From positions 122-64,121 of the forward strand of contig JACPOZ010000006.1 of the NCBI GenBank assembly GCA_016191235.1: DNA of 64,000 nt. Direction: 5' to 3'. Each line of letters opens with the position of its first letter. Position 1 is the stretch's first letter. The DNA is from Gammaproteobacteria bacterium (GTDB lineage: Bacteria > Pseudomonadota > Gammaproteobacteria > Ga0077554 > Ga007554). Position numbers and translations under genes: made by a program. A model generated the notes under the pieces. That model had not been told where the DNA came from. It saw only the letters and a list, made by a program, of their open reading frames with translations, and searched no databases. Of the stretch, positions 12,629 through 23,452 are shown piece by piece.

Positions 12629-13115
12629 CCTCCAGCTCTACGCGGGCATTGACCGAACCGGCGCTGCCGTTTTGATGGTCGATGCTGATGCTGGTGATGC
12701 GCACGCCGTAGGTATTTTGCAGGTCACCCAGCCACAACAGTACATCATCAAATATGGCCTGCTCAAACCAGACACGCACGATGCTGGTTCCTTCCGGCTC
12801 GATGCGCTTGAGTACCGTGCCCAGCCGGTCTTTGCGGGCCGCCTGATCCACCACTGCGAGCAGGGACTGCCCGCCCATGCCCGCCCTCATGCTTGCCGGC
12901 ACCTGGGTCGCGCGCAACCGTTGCACCTCCAGGGCGGCGTTTTGCATCCACAGCTTGAGTGCCCGCTGTTCCTGTACGGTCTGCTCCAGCCGTGCGGCAC
13001 GTGTACTAAACGGCTGCCACACCAGGACATAAATCAGAATCATGGTAAGCAGAATACCGCCGAAGATCAGCGCGTTGCGCTCGCGTGGATCAAGACTTGC
13101 GAGCCATGCCTTCAT
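12618..13115 (-). CDS. gspM: Type II secretion protein M
   Basis: W..L.PRER, single TM, RIEPEG...VRVW. Confidence 0.92.
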   Translation of the reverse strand: MKAWLASLDPRERNALIFGGILLTMILIYVLVWQPFSTRAARLEQTVQEQRALKLWMQNAALEVQRLRATQVPASMRAGMGGQSLLAVVDQAARKDRLGTVLKRIEPEGTSIVRVWFEQAIFDDVLLWLGDLQNTYGVRITSISIDHQNGSAGSVNARVELEGGG

Positions 13116-14341
13116 GATGTCTTGCCCTTGATCTGGAGCAGCGCCTCTACCCTGCCGTCGCGGTTGGCGGCAGACTGGATGTCGACACTCAAGCCGCGTT
13201 GCGTCGTCAGTCGCTGCTTGAGCTTATCCAGGCTTTGCAGATCAGCGATGAGCAGGGCGAGGTCGATTTTTCCTTCGTTATAGCTGATGCGCTGCACTTC
13301 CACGCTGGGGGTTTCCTTGAGGCCTGGACCGATATCGGCGAGCAGCCCCATGAAACCAGCCTCATCCGCGCCACCGCCGCGCAATTCCTTCAGGCGTTCC
13401 TCCATCTGCACGCGCGCATTGACCACCTTGCGCGCATCGGGGAAGGTTTGCAGATAGACCTGCTCAATCTGTTTTGCCAGGGTCTGCCTCTCGCTATTGA
13501 GGCGCATATAGTCAGCCACCGTCATGCCGCCTTGGATCAGCAGCAATACCGCTGCCAGGGCCGCCACAGGCCGCCAGGGCCGCCACAGCCTGCCTAGTTG
13601 CTCGTGGCGGCTATATGCGCCTTGCAGCAGGTTGATGGCGCCTGGTTCGTCATAACCACGGGAGAGTATGGCCAAGACGGGTTCGTCAACCGTTTCGGTG
13701 TCGATGGTTGTGTCCAGATCGTATGACAGTTCGGGTGGGGCGTTATCACTTTGGTGAATAATGCGGATCCGCTCAGGCCGTGCGTCACCCGCCTCATTCA
13801 ACGCCAGCCGCAGCAGCGTGTCGAGGTTATCGCCGTCGGCCACGAAGCCGGTCTGGTGCGCGGTGCGTACCAGCGCCCTGTCCCCGTCCATCAGCACCGT
13901 CCATGTCCCGTTGACCCAAGGCAACGCCAGTATATCCGGCGCGATGGCATCCGGCTCGATACCGGCCTGCCGCAGACATTCCAGCCATGCGCCGAGCTGC
14001 GTCTTGACCATCACCGCAGTGCTGGTGCGTCCATCGTCGTGGCGCTCGCCCAGCGCAAAGTGCAGGTTATCGACATCGCTAGCCAGCTGTTCTTCCAGCG
14101 CATAAGGCACGGCGCTGGCGATTTTTTGGCGACTACCGCCCGGTACGGTGGCGGTGGTCAACAGCACCTCTGCGCCTGGCACCAGCAGGATGACGCGGCA
14201 GCCTGCCGCGGCGGCGGCGACTTCCGGCAGGGGGGCATGATGCACCGTGAGGTCATGCCTGGCCGGCTCGTCCATGCGTAGCCAATCCACCTCGTCCGGG
14301 CTGGATGGATTAAAGCGTATAAATAATTTCACGCGCATCAA
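13112..14341 (-). CDS. gspL: Type II secretion protein L
   Basis: VPYALEEQLA, PDILALP and INLLQG. Confidence 0.93.
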   Translation of the reverse strand: MMRVKLFIRFNPSSPDEVDWLRMDEPARHDLTVHHAPLPEVAAAAAGCRVILLVPGAEVLLTTATVPGGSRQKIASAVPYALEEQLASDVDNLHFALGERHDDGRTSTAVMVKTQLGAWLECLRQAGIEPDAIAPDILALPWVNGTWTVLMDGDRALVRTAHQTGFVADGDNLDTLLRLALNEAGDARPERIRIIHQSDNAPPELSYDLDTTIDTETVDEPVLAILSRGYDEPGAINLLQGAYSRHEQLGRLWRPWRPVAALAAVLLLIQGGMTVADYMRLNSERQTLAKQIEQVYLQTFPDARKVVNARVQMEERLKELRGGGADEAGFMGLLADIGPGLKETPSVEVQRISYNEGKIDLALLIADLQSLDKLKQRLTTQRGLSVDIQSAANRDGRVEALLQIKGKTS

Positions 14342-15273
14342 TACGCCCCTTGCCCGCGCATGACCACTTGCGCCTTGCCGTCCGTCGTGCGTGAGACCAG
14401 GCTGAACAGCCGCGCCTGGCCGCGCCCGTATTGAGCGGCGGCGTCGATCAGGAAATAATTGCTTGCCACCGCAAAACCTTCCTGCTTAATGTCACGGCTT
14501 TTCACCATCGGGCTGTTCAAAAATTTTTGTATGTCAGGATAGCCTTTCAGGCCACGATCTTGCACCATGCCATCGGCATCGGCCTTGGATATGTTGTCCC
14601 CCAGTGTCATCAGTACCTCAGACTTTGCGGTATTAATATTGATCTCAGTGCGCATCGGCAAGGCGCAGACAAACGGTGCCAGGCGCGCCACGGTCTCGGC
14701 AGTAAACCCCTTGACCAGCCGTAGTTCGCTGACGCTGGACAGCGGCGCATTGGCAGCCCGGTAGGGCGGGGTGCGCAGCAGGTATTCGTTGTCCTCGGCG
14801 CCGTCCAGCGATACCTTTTCGCTGTCGGGATCGATCCAGTCCACGATGGGCTGTGCCAGCGCCGGATCGAGCTGCAACGCCCGCAACAGGCGCTGGAAAC
14901 GCGCTATATCCGGTGCGCTTGGCTTGCCGTCGGCACTGACCAGATTGTTGAGATTGAAGCGCCCCTGCATATCCTCGATCCGTCCCGCGATCTTGCCGCC
15001 CTCCACCTCCAGCGGCGGCAGCACCGTAGCCCAGGCTTCGCCCAGATTGTCCGATGTGTTGTCACGCCGGTCTTGCGCCAGTATGCCCAGCGCCCAGCTT
15101 TCCACCCCCAGCGCGAACAGATAAGCCTGGTCGCCCTCCAGCACATTTGCGCTGCGGCGAATGTCGAGCTGCTGGCGCGTTGCCATGCTCACCGCAATCA
15201 CCACTACGATGGCGGTCACCAGCATCGCCGTGATCAGGGCAACGCCCGACTGGGATCTTATGCTGCGCCTCAC
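14338..15273 (-). CDS. gspK: Type II secretion minor pseudopilin K
   Basis: QSG/VALI prepilin site and DMQGRFNLNNL; GTG start overlaps the gspJ stop. Confidence 0.93.
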   Translation of the reverse strand: MRRSIRSQSGVALITAMLVTAIVVVIAVSMATRQQLDIRRSANVLEGDQAYLFALGVESWALGILAQDRRDNTSDNLGEAWATVLPPLEVEGGKIAGRIEDMQGRFNLNNLVSADGKPSAPDIARFQRLLRALQLDPALAQPIVDWIDPDSEKVSLDGAEDNEYLLRTPPYRAANAPLSSVSELRLVKGFTAETVARLAPFVCALPMRTEININTAKSEVLMTLGDNISKADADGMVQDRGLKGYPDIQKFLNSPMVKSRDIKQEGFAVASNYFLIDAAAQYGRGQARLFSLVSRTTDGKAQVVMRGQGAY

Positions 15274-15920
15274 CGCACCACACCCTCTGGTGCGGCCGGT
15301 GTCGCTGCAATAGCGCCCGGCACGCGGAACATGCGTGGAATGCGCCCCCAACCCTCGACATCAATACTGACCTCCATGGCGCGCGGCAGCATCACTTGCG
15401 AGCTGTTGTCGGTGGTGGCGGGCGGCCATTGCAGCTGCCATTTCATTTGCGGGTCGAGGAAGCGCATCTCGAAACCCTTCACCTTGTCGAGCAACACCGT
15501 TTCCTGCGGACGGTCTCCCGGCGCGCGGTCGAGCATCGCCCATGTCAGGCGCAGCAGCTTTCCATCGCGCACCGAATAGGCGACGCGTTGCAGGGTGCTG
15601 CGCGCCCGTCCTGCTGGATTATTCCAGCCTGCACGGGTAAATTCCAGCGCACTGTTGCCGCCGCTTGTGGCGCCTCTCATGGCCGGCTGGAGGCCGCCCG
15701 CGTCGTCGCGGATGCGCCGCGCGGCAGCCTGCTCGGCGTCTCTTGCCATCAGCACAAAGGCTGTTTGCAGCGCGGCCAGGCGCGTCGCCTGTTCTTCAGT
15801 ACGGTTGCGCGTATCGAGCACACTGCGCAGCCCGCCGTAGACCAGCGCCGACACCACCGCGAAGATTGCCAACGCTACTACCAGCTCGATCAGCGTAAAG
15901 CCTTGCCGTGCGCTTCTCAC
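15270..15920 (-). CDS. gspJ: Type II secretion minor pseudopilin J
   Basis: QG/FTLIELVVALAIFA and RSTLQRVAY; GTG start overlaps the gspI stop. Confidence 0.93.
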   Translation of the reverse strand: MRSARQGFTLIELVVALAIFAVVSALVYGGLRSVLDTRNRTEEQATRLAALQTAFVLMARDAEQAAARRIRDDAGGLQPAMRGATSGGNSALEFTRAGWNNPAGRARSTLQRVAYSVRDGKLLRLTWAMLDRAPGDRPQETVLLDKVKGFEMRFLDPQMKWQLQWPPATTDNSSQVMLPRAMEVSIDVEGWGRIPRMFRVPGAIAATPAAPEGVVR

Positions 15921-16300
15921 TGCGGACGCCCGGCATAGGCCACCAGGCGGGCCAGGGATTGGCCGCCATCCTGGCGGGTGCGCACCTCCACATCGAGGCG
16001 CCGCACATTGGCGTCGGCAGTGCCCGCCACCGTCATGCTCCAATACCAGGCGCGCTCGGCGAGCAGCGCCTCGCCCTTGGTAACGCCGGTGTCCGGGAAT
16101 ATCGCGCCCGTTTGCACTTCCGCCACCTTGTTCATCGCCACCCAGTGCGCCAAGGTGCGGTCACGCAAATGGGCGGCATTGCTGACATTAGAACTGATGC
16201 CGTTAATGACGGCTGCCAGGCTGATCGCCAGCACCGCAAGGGCCACCAGCACTTCGATCAGGGTGAAGCCGCGCTGGACGCGGCTACCTCTTGGCAGCAT
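15917..16300 (-). CDS. gspI: Type II secretion minor pseudopilin I
   Basis: RG/FTLIEVLVAL and LAHWVAMN. Confidence 0.93.
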   Translation of the reverse strand: MLPRGSRVQRGFTLIEVLVALAVLAISLAAVINGISSNVSNAAHLRDRTLAHWVAMNKVAEVQTGAIFPDTGVTKGEALLAERAWYWSMTVAGTADANVRRLDVEVRTRQDGGQSLARLVAYAGRPQ

Positions 16301-16859
16301 TTCCCGTTTCGCTCATTTCAACTCTACCGCCAACATCACCTTTAAGCTGATAGCTGCTGCCGTTGGCCTTGCTCTGCAAGGTGATCTGAAAAGGCGTTAC
16401 TTCACCACTCGACAGGAGATAGATACGAGGCTGGGATGCGGGTTTTTCCGCATCGGCTTTGCCTAGTGCCACCGCTTCGCCTTCGACGTTTATATCGAGG
16501 CGCACCCCTTCCGGCAGCCGTCGTTCACGCAACGTATCGTCACCGCTAATACGGCGCCATTGATCCTTGTCGAAAACCACAAACTCATAGCCGCCCGGTG
16601 TAAATTGCAGAGCCATCTCCCGCGATTGCAGCACTGCCTCCTGCGCCGCCAGGGTAATCAGCCCCGCTAGCCGCTGGCTCTCTTCCTGGACAACACGGTC
16701 CGTGCTCCGTCCAATGGACAGGCTGGCGAAACTCAGGATGATGCCGATGATCACGATCACCACCAGGATTTCCAGCAAAGTGAAGCCTGCGTTTCGAGCC
16801 TTTAATAATTTACAGGCATCACACCGAGGCACTCCATCAAAGCCAACATCAAGTTTCAT
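16284..16859 (-). CDS. gspH: Type II secretion minor pseudopilin H
   Basis: AG/FTLLEILVVIVIIG and LSSGEVTPF; start uncertain. Confidence 0.9.
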   Translation of the reverse strand: MKLDVGFDGVPRCDACKLLKARNAGFTLLEILVVIVIIGIILSFASLSIGRSTDRVVQEESQRLAGLITLAAQEAVLQSREMALQFTPGGYEFVVFDKDQWRRISGDDTLRERRLPEGVRLDINVEGEAVALGKADAEKPASQPRIYLLSSGEVTPFQITLQSKANGSSYQLKGDVGGRVEMSETGNAAKR

Positions 16860-17137
16860 CTAAATGAGACGGTGGCTAAAACTTAAAAAATCGCTGTAGA
16901 AAAACCCGATTCCGAACACCCTGTTCAGCCTGAAGGGATATTTTTTGAGATAGGCATCTATCACGGTATCGCTCTATTTTTGAATTCAGATCGTTTGTTG
17001 GCGCGTAAATGCCGTCCTTTGACGCTTAGATCCATTTTGGGCCAGGATACCGGTTCATCATGCCTTTACGCAGCATAACCATGATGCGCCAGTTTCTCAA
17101 TATTGTGCATCAGCCCAACGCAGTCCGACAGGCTGTC

Positions 17138-17300
17138 AGGGCTGTTGACGTTTGTCCAGCCGTTGCATTGTGCCCCAAAAGGCGTGAGGAGAGAAGTTTG
17201 GTTATTCCAAATGAACGACGAGCAACACCGCATGGCGCATTTTGGGGCGTAACCCGGAGGGAGACGGCTCGCAACGGCTGGACAAACGTCAACAGAGCCT
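17138..17300. mobile_element. MITE-like element
   Basis: 25-bp perfect inverted repeat CTGTTGACGTTTGTCCAGCCGTTGC (17142-17166 / 17271-17295), inner stem GCCCCAAAA/TTTTGGGGC, no credible ORF. Confidence 0.75.
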
Positions 17301-17311
17301 ACCCCAAGAAA

Positions 17312-17665
17312 TCACACAGAAAACGACGATCCGCACCCGCATGTAGTGGTGGCGTTGGGATTGCGGATGACAAAATGCGCGCCTTCCAGTCCTTCGGTAT
17401 AGTCGATCTCGGCGCCCATGAGGTATTGGTAGCTCATAGGGTCAACCAGCAAGGTGACGCCACCTTTTTCAACAAGGGTGTCGCTCTCGTCAACGCTTTC
17501 TTCAAAGGTAAAACCATACTGGAAGCCCGAGCAGCCGCCGCCCGAGACAAAGACGCGGAGCTTCAGGCTGTCGTTGCCTTCCTCGACGATCAATTCCCTG
17601 ACCTTGTTGACCGCGTTATCGGTGAAATTCAGCAGGGCGGGTGTTTCAATGGCAACTGCGTTCAT
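17312..17665 (-). CDS. erpA: Fe-S cluster insertion protein ErpA
   Basis: [13 protein letters not shown] and TTCGCGSSF. Confidence 0.95.
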   Translation of the reverse strand: MNAVAIETPALLNFTDNAVNKVRELIVEEGNDSLKLRVFVSGGGCSGFQYGFTFEESVDESDTLVEKGGVTLLVDPMSYQYLMGAEIDYTEGLEGAHFVIRNPNATTTCGCGSSFSV

Positions 17666-17792
17666 GATGATCTCCGGTAAAACATAGGATTACTTGCGGT
17701 TTTTGACAATCAACCGGCAGGAATGGTTCGATTCTGCTGCTTGGCTTGCTGTATGTCAATAATCAGTCTAAGGCAACGGTATGGCAGCGGAT

Positions 17793-19976
17793 TTACCCCC
17801 GCCGCTTTGCCGCCGTGGCTGGCCTTCCCGACCCGCCGCGCTTGGCTGCGTGGTCTGCGCGCATAGGGCGTTTGGCCATGGGCCTGTCAGTTTTTATTTT
17901 TCCCGTCCGCCGCACACCTTCCGGTGCTGCACCCGTCCCCGCAGGTTGCCAGGCGGGGATGAGGTGGTGTTTGCCGTTGCCGATCAGGTCGGCGCGCCCC
18001 ATGTTTTTTAACGCCTCGCGCAACAACGGCCAGTTTTCGGCGTCGTGGTAGCGCAAGAAGGCCTTGTGCAGACGGCGCTGGCGGCCGCCACGCGGTATGA
18101 CCACGTCTTCACTGGCATGCGTTACTTTGCGTAGCGGGTTTTTGCCGGAGTGATACATGGCGGTGGCGGTGGCCATGGGCGAAGGCAGGAAGTTTTGCAC
18201 CTGGTCGAGGCGGAAGTTGTTCTGCTTGAGCCACAGCGCCAGTTGCAGCATGTCCTCGTCCGTCGCGCCGGGATGGGCGGCGATGAAGTAGGGAATGAGG
18301 TACTGCTCCTTGCCGGCCTCTTTGGAGTATTTCTCGAACAGCTCCTTGAAGCGGTAATACGAACCCATGCCCGGTTTCATCATCTTGCTCAGCGGGCCTT
18401 CCTCGCTGTGCTCGGGGGCGATCTTGAGGTAGCCGCCCACGTGATGCGTTACCAGTTCCTTGACGTATTCCGGCGACTCCACCGCCAGATCGTAGCGCAG
18501 CCCCGATGCCACCAACACCTTCTTGATCCCAGGCAGCGCGCGCGCCTTGCGGTAGAGCTGGATCAGCGAGCTATGGTCGGTGTTGAGATTGGAGCAAATA
18601 TCGGGGTAGACGCACGAGGGTTTGCGGCAGGCGGCCTCGATTTCGGGGCTTTTACAGCCGATGCGGTACATGTTGGCAGTGGGGCCACCGACATCGGAGA
18701 TCACGCCGGTAAAGCCTGGTGTGTTGTCGCGGATGCTCTCGATCTCGCGCAAGACGGAACCTTCGGAACGGCTCTGGATGATGCGCCCCTCGTGCTCGGT
18801 AATCGAGCAGAAGGTGCAGCCGCCGAAGCAGCCGCGCATGATGTTCACCGAGAAGCGGATCATTTCGTAGGCTGGGATGCGCGCGCCGCCATAGGCGGGA
18901 TGTGGCAGGCGGCTATAGTTCAGGTCGAATACCCCGTCGAGCTCTGGCGTGGTGAGCGGGATCGGCGGCGGATTCAGCCACACGTCGCGGTCGCCGTGGC
19001 GCTGCACCAGGGCACGGGCGTTGCCGGGGTTGGACTCGATGTGCAGGATGCGTGAGGCATGGGCATAGAACACCGGGTCACGGCTGACCTGCTCATAAGA
19101 AGGCAGACGGATCATGCTCCGATTGGGGTCGGTTTTGACCACGCGGCGCTGGAAACGCACCACGTGCGTCCCTTCCGGCGGTGTGTTGCTCTGCGCGGCT
19201 TGGGCAGGCTCCATTTCGTAAGGGTCGCGGTGCGGCTCGACGCGCCCTGGGGTATCTACCTCAGTCGAGTCAATTTCCGTCCAGCCTTCAGGCAGGTGCT
19301 TGCGCATGAAGGCCGTGCCGCGCACATCGGTAATGTTGGCGATGGGTTCCCCCGCCGCCAGGCGGTGGGCAATCTCCGCGATCTGGCGCTCACCGTTGCC
19401 GAACACCAGCAGGTCGGCACGCGAATCGGGCAGAATGGAGCGGCGTACCTTGTCGGACCAATAATCGTAATGCGCGATGCGCCGCAGGCTGGCCTCGATG
19501 CCGCCGATGACGATAGGCGCATCCTCAAATGCCTCGCGCAGGCGCTGACAATAGACGACTACGGAGCGGTCCGGGCGCTTGCCTGCCTCGCCGTGCGGGG
19601 TGTAGGCGTCGTCGGAGCGGATGCGCCGTTCCGATGTGTAGCGGTTGATCATCGAGTCCATGTTGCCGCCGGTCACGCCAAAGAACAGGTTCGGCCTGCC
19701 CAAGGCAGTGAACGCCTCGGCGGAGGTCCAGTCTGGTTGGGCGATGATGCCGACGCGGAAACCCTGCGCCTCCAGCAGCCGCCCGACCACCGCCATGCCG
19801 AAGCTGGGATGATCTACATAAGCGTCGCCAGTGACGATGATGATGTCGCACGAATCCCAGCCCAGCTCCTCCATCTCGGCGCGCGACATCGGGAGCACGG
19901 GCGCCACGCCGAAGCGTTTGGCCCAGAATTTACGGTAGGAAAAGATGTTGGGAGCGGCGTTCATAATTGTTGACAT
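17793..19976 (-). CDS. ygiQ: YgiQ-family radical SAM protein
   Basis: [11 protein letters not shown] and GCFGGCTFC. Confidence 0.93.
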   Translation of the reverse strand: MSTIMNAAPNIFSYRKFWAKRFGVAPVLPMSRAEMEELGWDSCDIIIVTGDAYVDHPSFGMAVVGRLLEAQGFRVGIIAQPDWTSAEAFTALGRPNLFFGVTGGNMDSMINRYTSERRIRSDDAYTPHGEAGKRPDRSVVVYCQRLREAFEDAPIVIGGIEASLRRIAHYDYWSDKVRRSILPDSRADLLVFGNGERQIAEIAHRLAAGEPIANITDVRGTAFMRKHLPEGWTEIDSTEVDTPGRVEPHRDPYEMEPAQAAQSNTPPEGTHVVRFQRRVVKTDPNRSMIRLPSYEQVSRDPVFYAHASRILHIESNPGNARALVQRHGDRDVWLNPPPIPLTTPELDGVFDLNYSRLPHPAYGGARIPAYEMIRFSVNIMRGCFGGCTFCSITEHEGRIIQSRSEGSVLREIESIRDNTPGFTGVISDVGGPTANMYRIGCKSPEIEAACRKPSCVYPDICSNLNTDHSSLIQLYRKARALPGIKKVLVASGLRYDLAVESPEYVKELVTHHVGGYLKIAPEHSEEGPLSKMMKPGMGSYYRFKELFEKYSKEAGKEQYLIPYFIAAHPGATDEDMLQLALWLKQNNFRLDQVQNFLPSPMATATAMYHSGKNPLRKVTHASEDVVIPRGGRQRRLHKAFLRYHDAENWPLLREALKNMGRADLIGNGKHHLIPAWQPAGTGAAPEGVRRTGKIKTDRPMAKRPMRADHAAKRGGSGRPATAAKRRG

Positions 19977-19989
19977 TATAACTCAGTCT

Positions 19990-20802
19990 TTATTCGCTTG
20001 CGCTGAAATCCTCCAGCATCGCCATCTCTGCCTCGCTGAACCCTGCCGCCAGCCGGGCGTTACGATGAAATGGCGGGCGGAACTGAGGGGCATTGTATTC
20101 GCGCAGCAACTGGCGGAACGTGGCGATGGGATCAAGCGCGCGCCGGGCGCAGAACCAGGCGTACCAGCGATTGCCGGTGCGGACATGGCCGATCTCGTCA
20201 CGCAGGATGATTTCGAGAATCTCCACCGCCCTTTTGTCGCCGCAGGAGGCCAGCTTGTGCATGATGGCGGGGGTGACATCCAGACCGCGCGCCTCCAGCA
20301 CGCGCGGCACCAGCGCCATGCGTACCAGAGGATCATGGGCGGTCTTCATGGCCATGTCCCACAGGCCATTGTGCGCAGTGAAATCCCCGTAATCGAACCC
20401 GAGTGCGCGCAAATGATCGCACAGCAGGGTGAAGTGGTAGGCCTCTTCTGCCGCGACCTTTAACCAGCCGTCATAATAATCTTTGGGCAGGTCCCGGAAG
20501 CGGTACACCGCATCCAGTGCCAGATTGATGGCATTGAACTCAATGTGGGCAAGGGAGTGGATCAATGCTGCTCGGCCTTCCAGCGTGGAGACCTTGCGCT
20601 GCTCTACCGCGCGCGCGGATACCAGCACCGGCTTATCCGGACGGCCGGGTTCGCTGATGGGTTCGGGCGGTGTGCGACTGTTCTCTAAAGTCAGTCGGCC
20701 TTGCCGCCAGTCCGCCTCCAGCGCGGAAACCAGCGCGAGCTTGGCGTCAACCTCGCGGGCGAGGAGGCAAGTTAATGCGCGGCGGAATAGATCTTCTGGC
20801 AT
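19990..20802 (-). CDS. Ferritin-like domain protein (DUF455)
   Basis: HSLAHIEFNAINLA, EARGLD and DEIGHV. Confidence 0.88.
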   Translation of the reverse strand: MPEDLFRRALTCLLAREVDAKLALVSALEADWRQGRLTLENSRTPPEPISEPGRPDKPVLVSARAVEQRKVSTLEGRAALIHSLAHIEFNAINLALDAVYRFRDLPKDYYDGWLKVAAEEAYHFTLLCDHLRALGFDYGDFTAHNGLWDMAMKTAHDPLVRMALVPRVLEARGLDVTPAIMHKLASCGDKRAVEILEIILRDEIGHVRTGNRWYAWFCARRALDPIATFRQLLREYNAPQFRPPFHRNARLAAGFSEAEMAMLEDFSASE

Positions 20803-20905
20803 GGCGTGTTCGATATTCGGCGGACTTCTTTGATTTTACCTCCAAAAGCAAGGATAATAGGAAATAATTCTCTCCCTCTGTTAGCCTAAGATTAAGGAAA
20901 CCACC

Positions 20906-21913
20906 ATGCAAAACGGCACTACCCTTAACCAGTTTCTTATCGAAGAACGGCGCCGCCTGGGTGGCACGGACAGCGATCTCCCAGCGCTGATCAACGACAT
21001 TGCCGTCGCGTGCAAGCGCTTGTCCTATGTGATCAGCCAGGGCGCATTGGTTGGCGTGCTGGGCAGCGCGGGCAGCGAGAACGTGCAGGGCGAGACACAG
21101 AAGAAACTGGATGTGCTCTCCAACGACATCATGATCGAGGCCGCTCAGCGTGGCGGCTATCTTGCAGGCATGGCCTCGGAAGAGATGGATGACCTATACC
21201 CCATCCCCGCCGAGTACCCAAAAGGCAAGTACCTGTTGATGTTCGATCCGTTGGACGGCTCCTCCAACATCGACGTCAATATCTCCGTCGGCACCATCTT
21301 CTCCGTTCTGCGCTGCCCGGAAGGCGTAACCAATCCCGCCGTCGCTGATTTCATGCAGCCCGGCACCCAGCAGGTATGCGCTGGTTATGCGCTCTATGGC
21401 CCCTCCACCCTGCTGGTGCTGACCACCGGCCATGGCGTCAACTGCTTCACATTGGACCACAACGTCGGCGAGTTCGTGCTGACCCAGCCGAACATGCGCA
21501 TTCCCGAGGATACCCGTGAATTCGCTATCAACGCCTCGAACGCACGCTTCTGGGAAAAGCCTGTAAAGCGTTATGTCGACGAATGCGTGGCAGGCAAAGA
21601 AGGGCCGCGCAAGGAAAACTTCAACATGCGCTGGGTCGCCTCCATGGTCGCCGAAGTTCACCGCATCCTCACCCGCGGCGGTATCTTCATGTATCCGCGC
21701 GACACCAAGGACCCCTCCAAGGCTGGCAAGCTGCGCCTGATGTATGAGGCCAACCCCATGTCCTTCATCGTCGAGCAGGCGGGCGGAGCGAGCTCCACAG
21801 GCCGCGAACGTATCCAGGAAGTGCCGCCCACCGGACTGCACCAGCGCGTTGCCGTGATTCTTGGCTCCAAGAACGAAGTCGAGCGCGTTGTGGCGTACCA
21901 CAAAGAAGGTTGA
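20906..21913 (+). CDS. fbp: Class 1 fructose-1,6-bisphosphatase
   Basis: FDPLDGSSN and [11 protein letters not shown]. Confidence 0.97.
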   Translation: MQNGTTLNQFLIEERRRLGGTDSDLPALINDIAVACKRLSYVISQGALVGVLGSAGSENVQGETQKKLDVLSNDIMIEAAQRGGYLAGMASEEMDDLYPIPAEYPKGKYLLMFDPLDGSSNIDVNISVGTIFSVLRCPEGVTNPAVADFMQPGTQQVCAGYALYGPSTLLVLTTGHGVNCFTLDHNVGEFVLTQPNMRIPEDTREFAINASNARFWEKPVKRYVDECVAGKEGPRKENFNMRWVASMVAEVHRILTRGGIFMYPRDTKDPSKAGKLRLMYEANPMSFIVEQAGGASSTGRERIQEVPPTGLHQRVAVILGSKNEVERVVAYHKEG

Positions 21914-21926
21914 TGTGACCTCATTA

Positions 21927-21962
21927 GAAGGGGCGGAGTGCATTCGCCCCTTCCCCTGTTTT
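21927..21962 (+). terminator. Hairpin after fbp, probable terminator
   Basis: GAAGGGGCG...CGCCCCTTC followed by a T run. Confidence 0.55.
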
Positions 21963-21992
21963 TAGGTTTAATCCCAGCACTGTTCACTTAAC

Positions 21993-22023
21993 GTAGGTTG
22001 GGTCAAGCGAAGCGGACCCAACA
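21993..22023 (+). repeat. GTAG-type REP-like palindrome
   Basis: GTAG followed by GTTGGGTC-AAGCGAAGCG-GACCCAAC. Confidence 0.6.
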
Positions 22024-22066
22024 GTGTACCCGTGAAGCCCAGTTTGGGAATTTAAGAGAAATCGCC

Positions 22067-22101
22067 TTGACAGGCACCTTCCATAGACGGTAAAGTGCGC
22101 G
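22067..22101 (+). promoter_or_regulatory. Sigma70 promoter of the tRNA operon
   Basis: TTGACA-N18-TAAAGT followed by a GC-rich discriminator GCGCG. Confidence 0.6.
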
Positions 22102-22113
22102 TCTAATTTTTGA

Positions 22114-22189
<76 letters not shown>

Positions 22190-22234
22190 AGTTTCAAAGG
22201 TTGGTCTAACCGCCTTTTTGTTGAAGCCGTTTAC

Positions 22235-22311
22235 GTCCCCATCGTCTAGCCGGCCTAGGACATCGCCCTTTCACGGCGGTAACAGGGGTTCGAATCCCCT
22301 TGGGGACGCCA
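22235..22311 (+). tRNA. tRNA-Glu(TTC), integration target
   Basis: GTCCCCATCGTCTAG...CTTTCAC...GTTCGAATC...GGGGACGCCA. Confidence 0.97.
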
Positions 22312-22356
22312 TATAAATCAAAGGGTTAGGAAGACTTAGCCCTTCTTCTTTCGCCG

Positions 22357-22376
22357 GTGCCAAACTGCTGCCAAAC
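22357..22376 (+). repeat. Probable integrase arm-type sites (TGCCAAAC twice)
   Basis: GTGCCAAACTGCTGCCAAAC; same doublet at 29951-29970 and a variant at 30171-30189. Confidence 0.7.
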
Positions 22377-22653
22377 GAGCGTTGTTGGCGGCGCTGTCCA
22401 GTCGTTCGGCCAGCAGGTTCACGGTTTCCCGTGCAGCACTGTCAGGATAACGATCCACTTCTTTCCAGTCGGGTGAAATGTCGGGGCATACCATTAGCCA
22501 ATGTTCCCCCCTAAAAACTTCAGTATGATAATTTAATAATTATTCATGCCGAGTTCCAAAACCTGGCTGTGCAAAAATCTGTCTATACGCACGCTTTTGG
22601 TGAATAAGCTGTAGAGTTTAATACCCCCGGGGGGTAGCCCCATTCTAAATTCT

Positions 22654-23307
22654 CTACAACTCGATTTTGCGAAACAGATTCAATTCATCGCCGATACCCC
22701 CCAACGCACCTTCAATCATCGACATTCGCTGTCGAATTCTGTCCAGCGATATGTCGACATGTGCATCATGTACGATTGTCAGCCGCTTATAGGTGCGTAT
22801 GTGCATTCCCTTCGGCTTGATGCCATGCCCGTTCAAGATGCCCGGTTCCCACTTAAGCCGATCCCGAATTTTGTCTGCCCGCCGCGTTGCGCGGTCATCC
22901 AGGTTTTCCCGCTGACAGTGATAGGCCAGCCGGTAGCAGTGCCGACAGGCGAATATAGTGCCACCGTAGAGAATAGCCACCCGACGCCCACAGCCGTCGG
23001 CAGGACAGCGGAACCATGCCCGCATCCCGCCGTAATTGCAGGCTGTCCATTCGACCCGAACGGGGTAGTTCTCACTCTTCCATTCATCGTCGCCGCGCTG
23101 GTGCCTGTAGTCGAGAATCACCCGGTCAGCCTCCATCCTAACGTTAATAGATGCCACCTTTTCGCCATTGCGCGTCCAGCTCCAGCCGAATGATCGCCCC
23201 GCTGACAACAGGCCGTCTCGTTGCAAGCGCCGCACATCCAGTGCGCGGTAATCACCCGTTGTGTTCTTCCCGCCTTGATCCCGCCGTCCGCTACCCATTC
23301 CGCCCAT
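22654..23307 (-). CDS. Uncharacterised Cys-rich (putative Zn-binding) element protein
   Basis: MGGMGSGR start; CPADGC...CRHC cysteine pairs; 217 aa. Confidence 0.75.
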   Translation of the reverse strand: MGGMGSGRRDQGGKNTTGDYRALDVRRLQRDGLLSAGRSFGWSWTRNGEKVASINVRMEADRVILDYRHQRGDDEWKSENYPVRVEWTACNYGGMRAWFRCPADGCGRRVAILYGGTIFACRHCYRLAYHCQRENLDDRATRRADKIRDRLKWEPGILNGHGIKPKGMHIRTYKRLTIVHDAHVDISLDRIRQRMSMIEGALGGIGDELNLFRKIEL

Positions 23308-23452
23308 TTTTTCACTCTCCGATTTTGCCTAAATCATTAGGCAAGTTTAGCCAAATGCACATTTACATTGCTGCCGAAAACCTACCAAACCTATGAGCCG
23401 CCTACGTTTCAGGCGTGTGGCATGATGCAATTATTTCGCTGATTTGTTGATA

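Noticed and set aside
17060-17680. ORFs across MITEs (17060-17680, 41127-41496, 59035-59238)
   Set aside because: Arise from palindromic repeat DNA or antisense overlap; no protein signal
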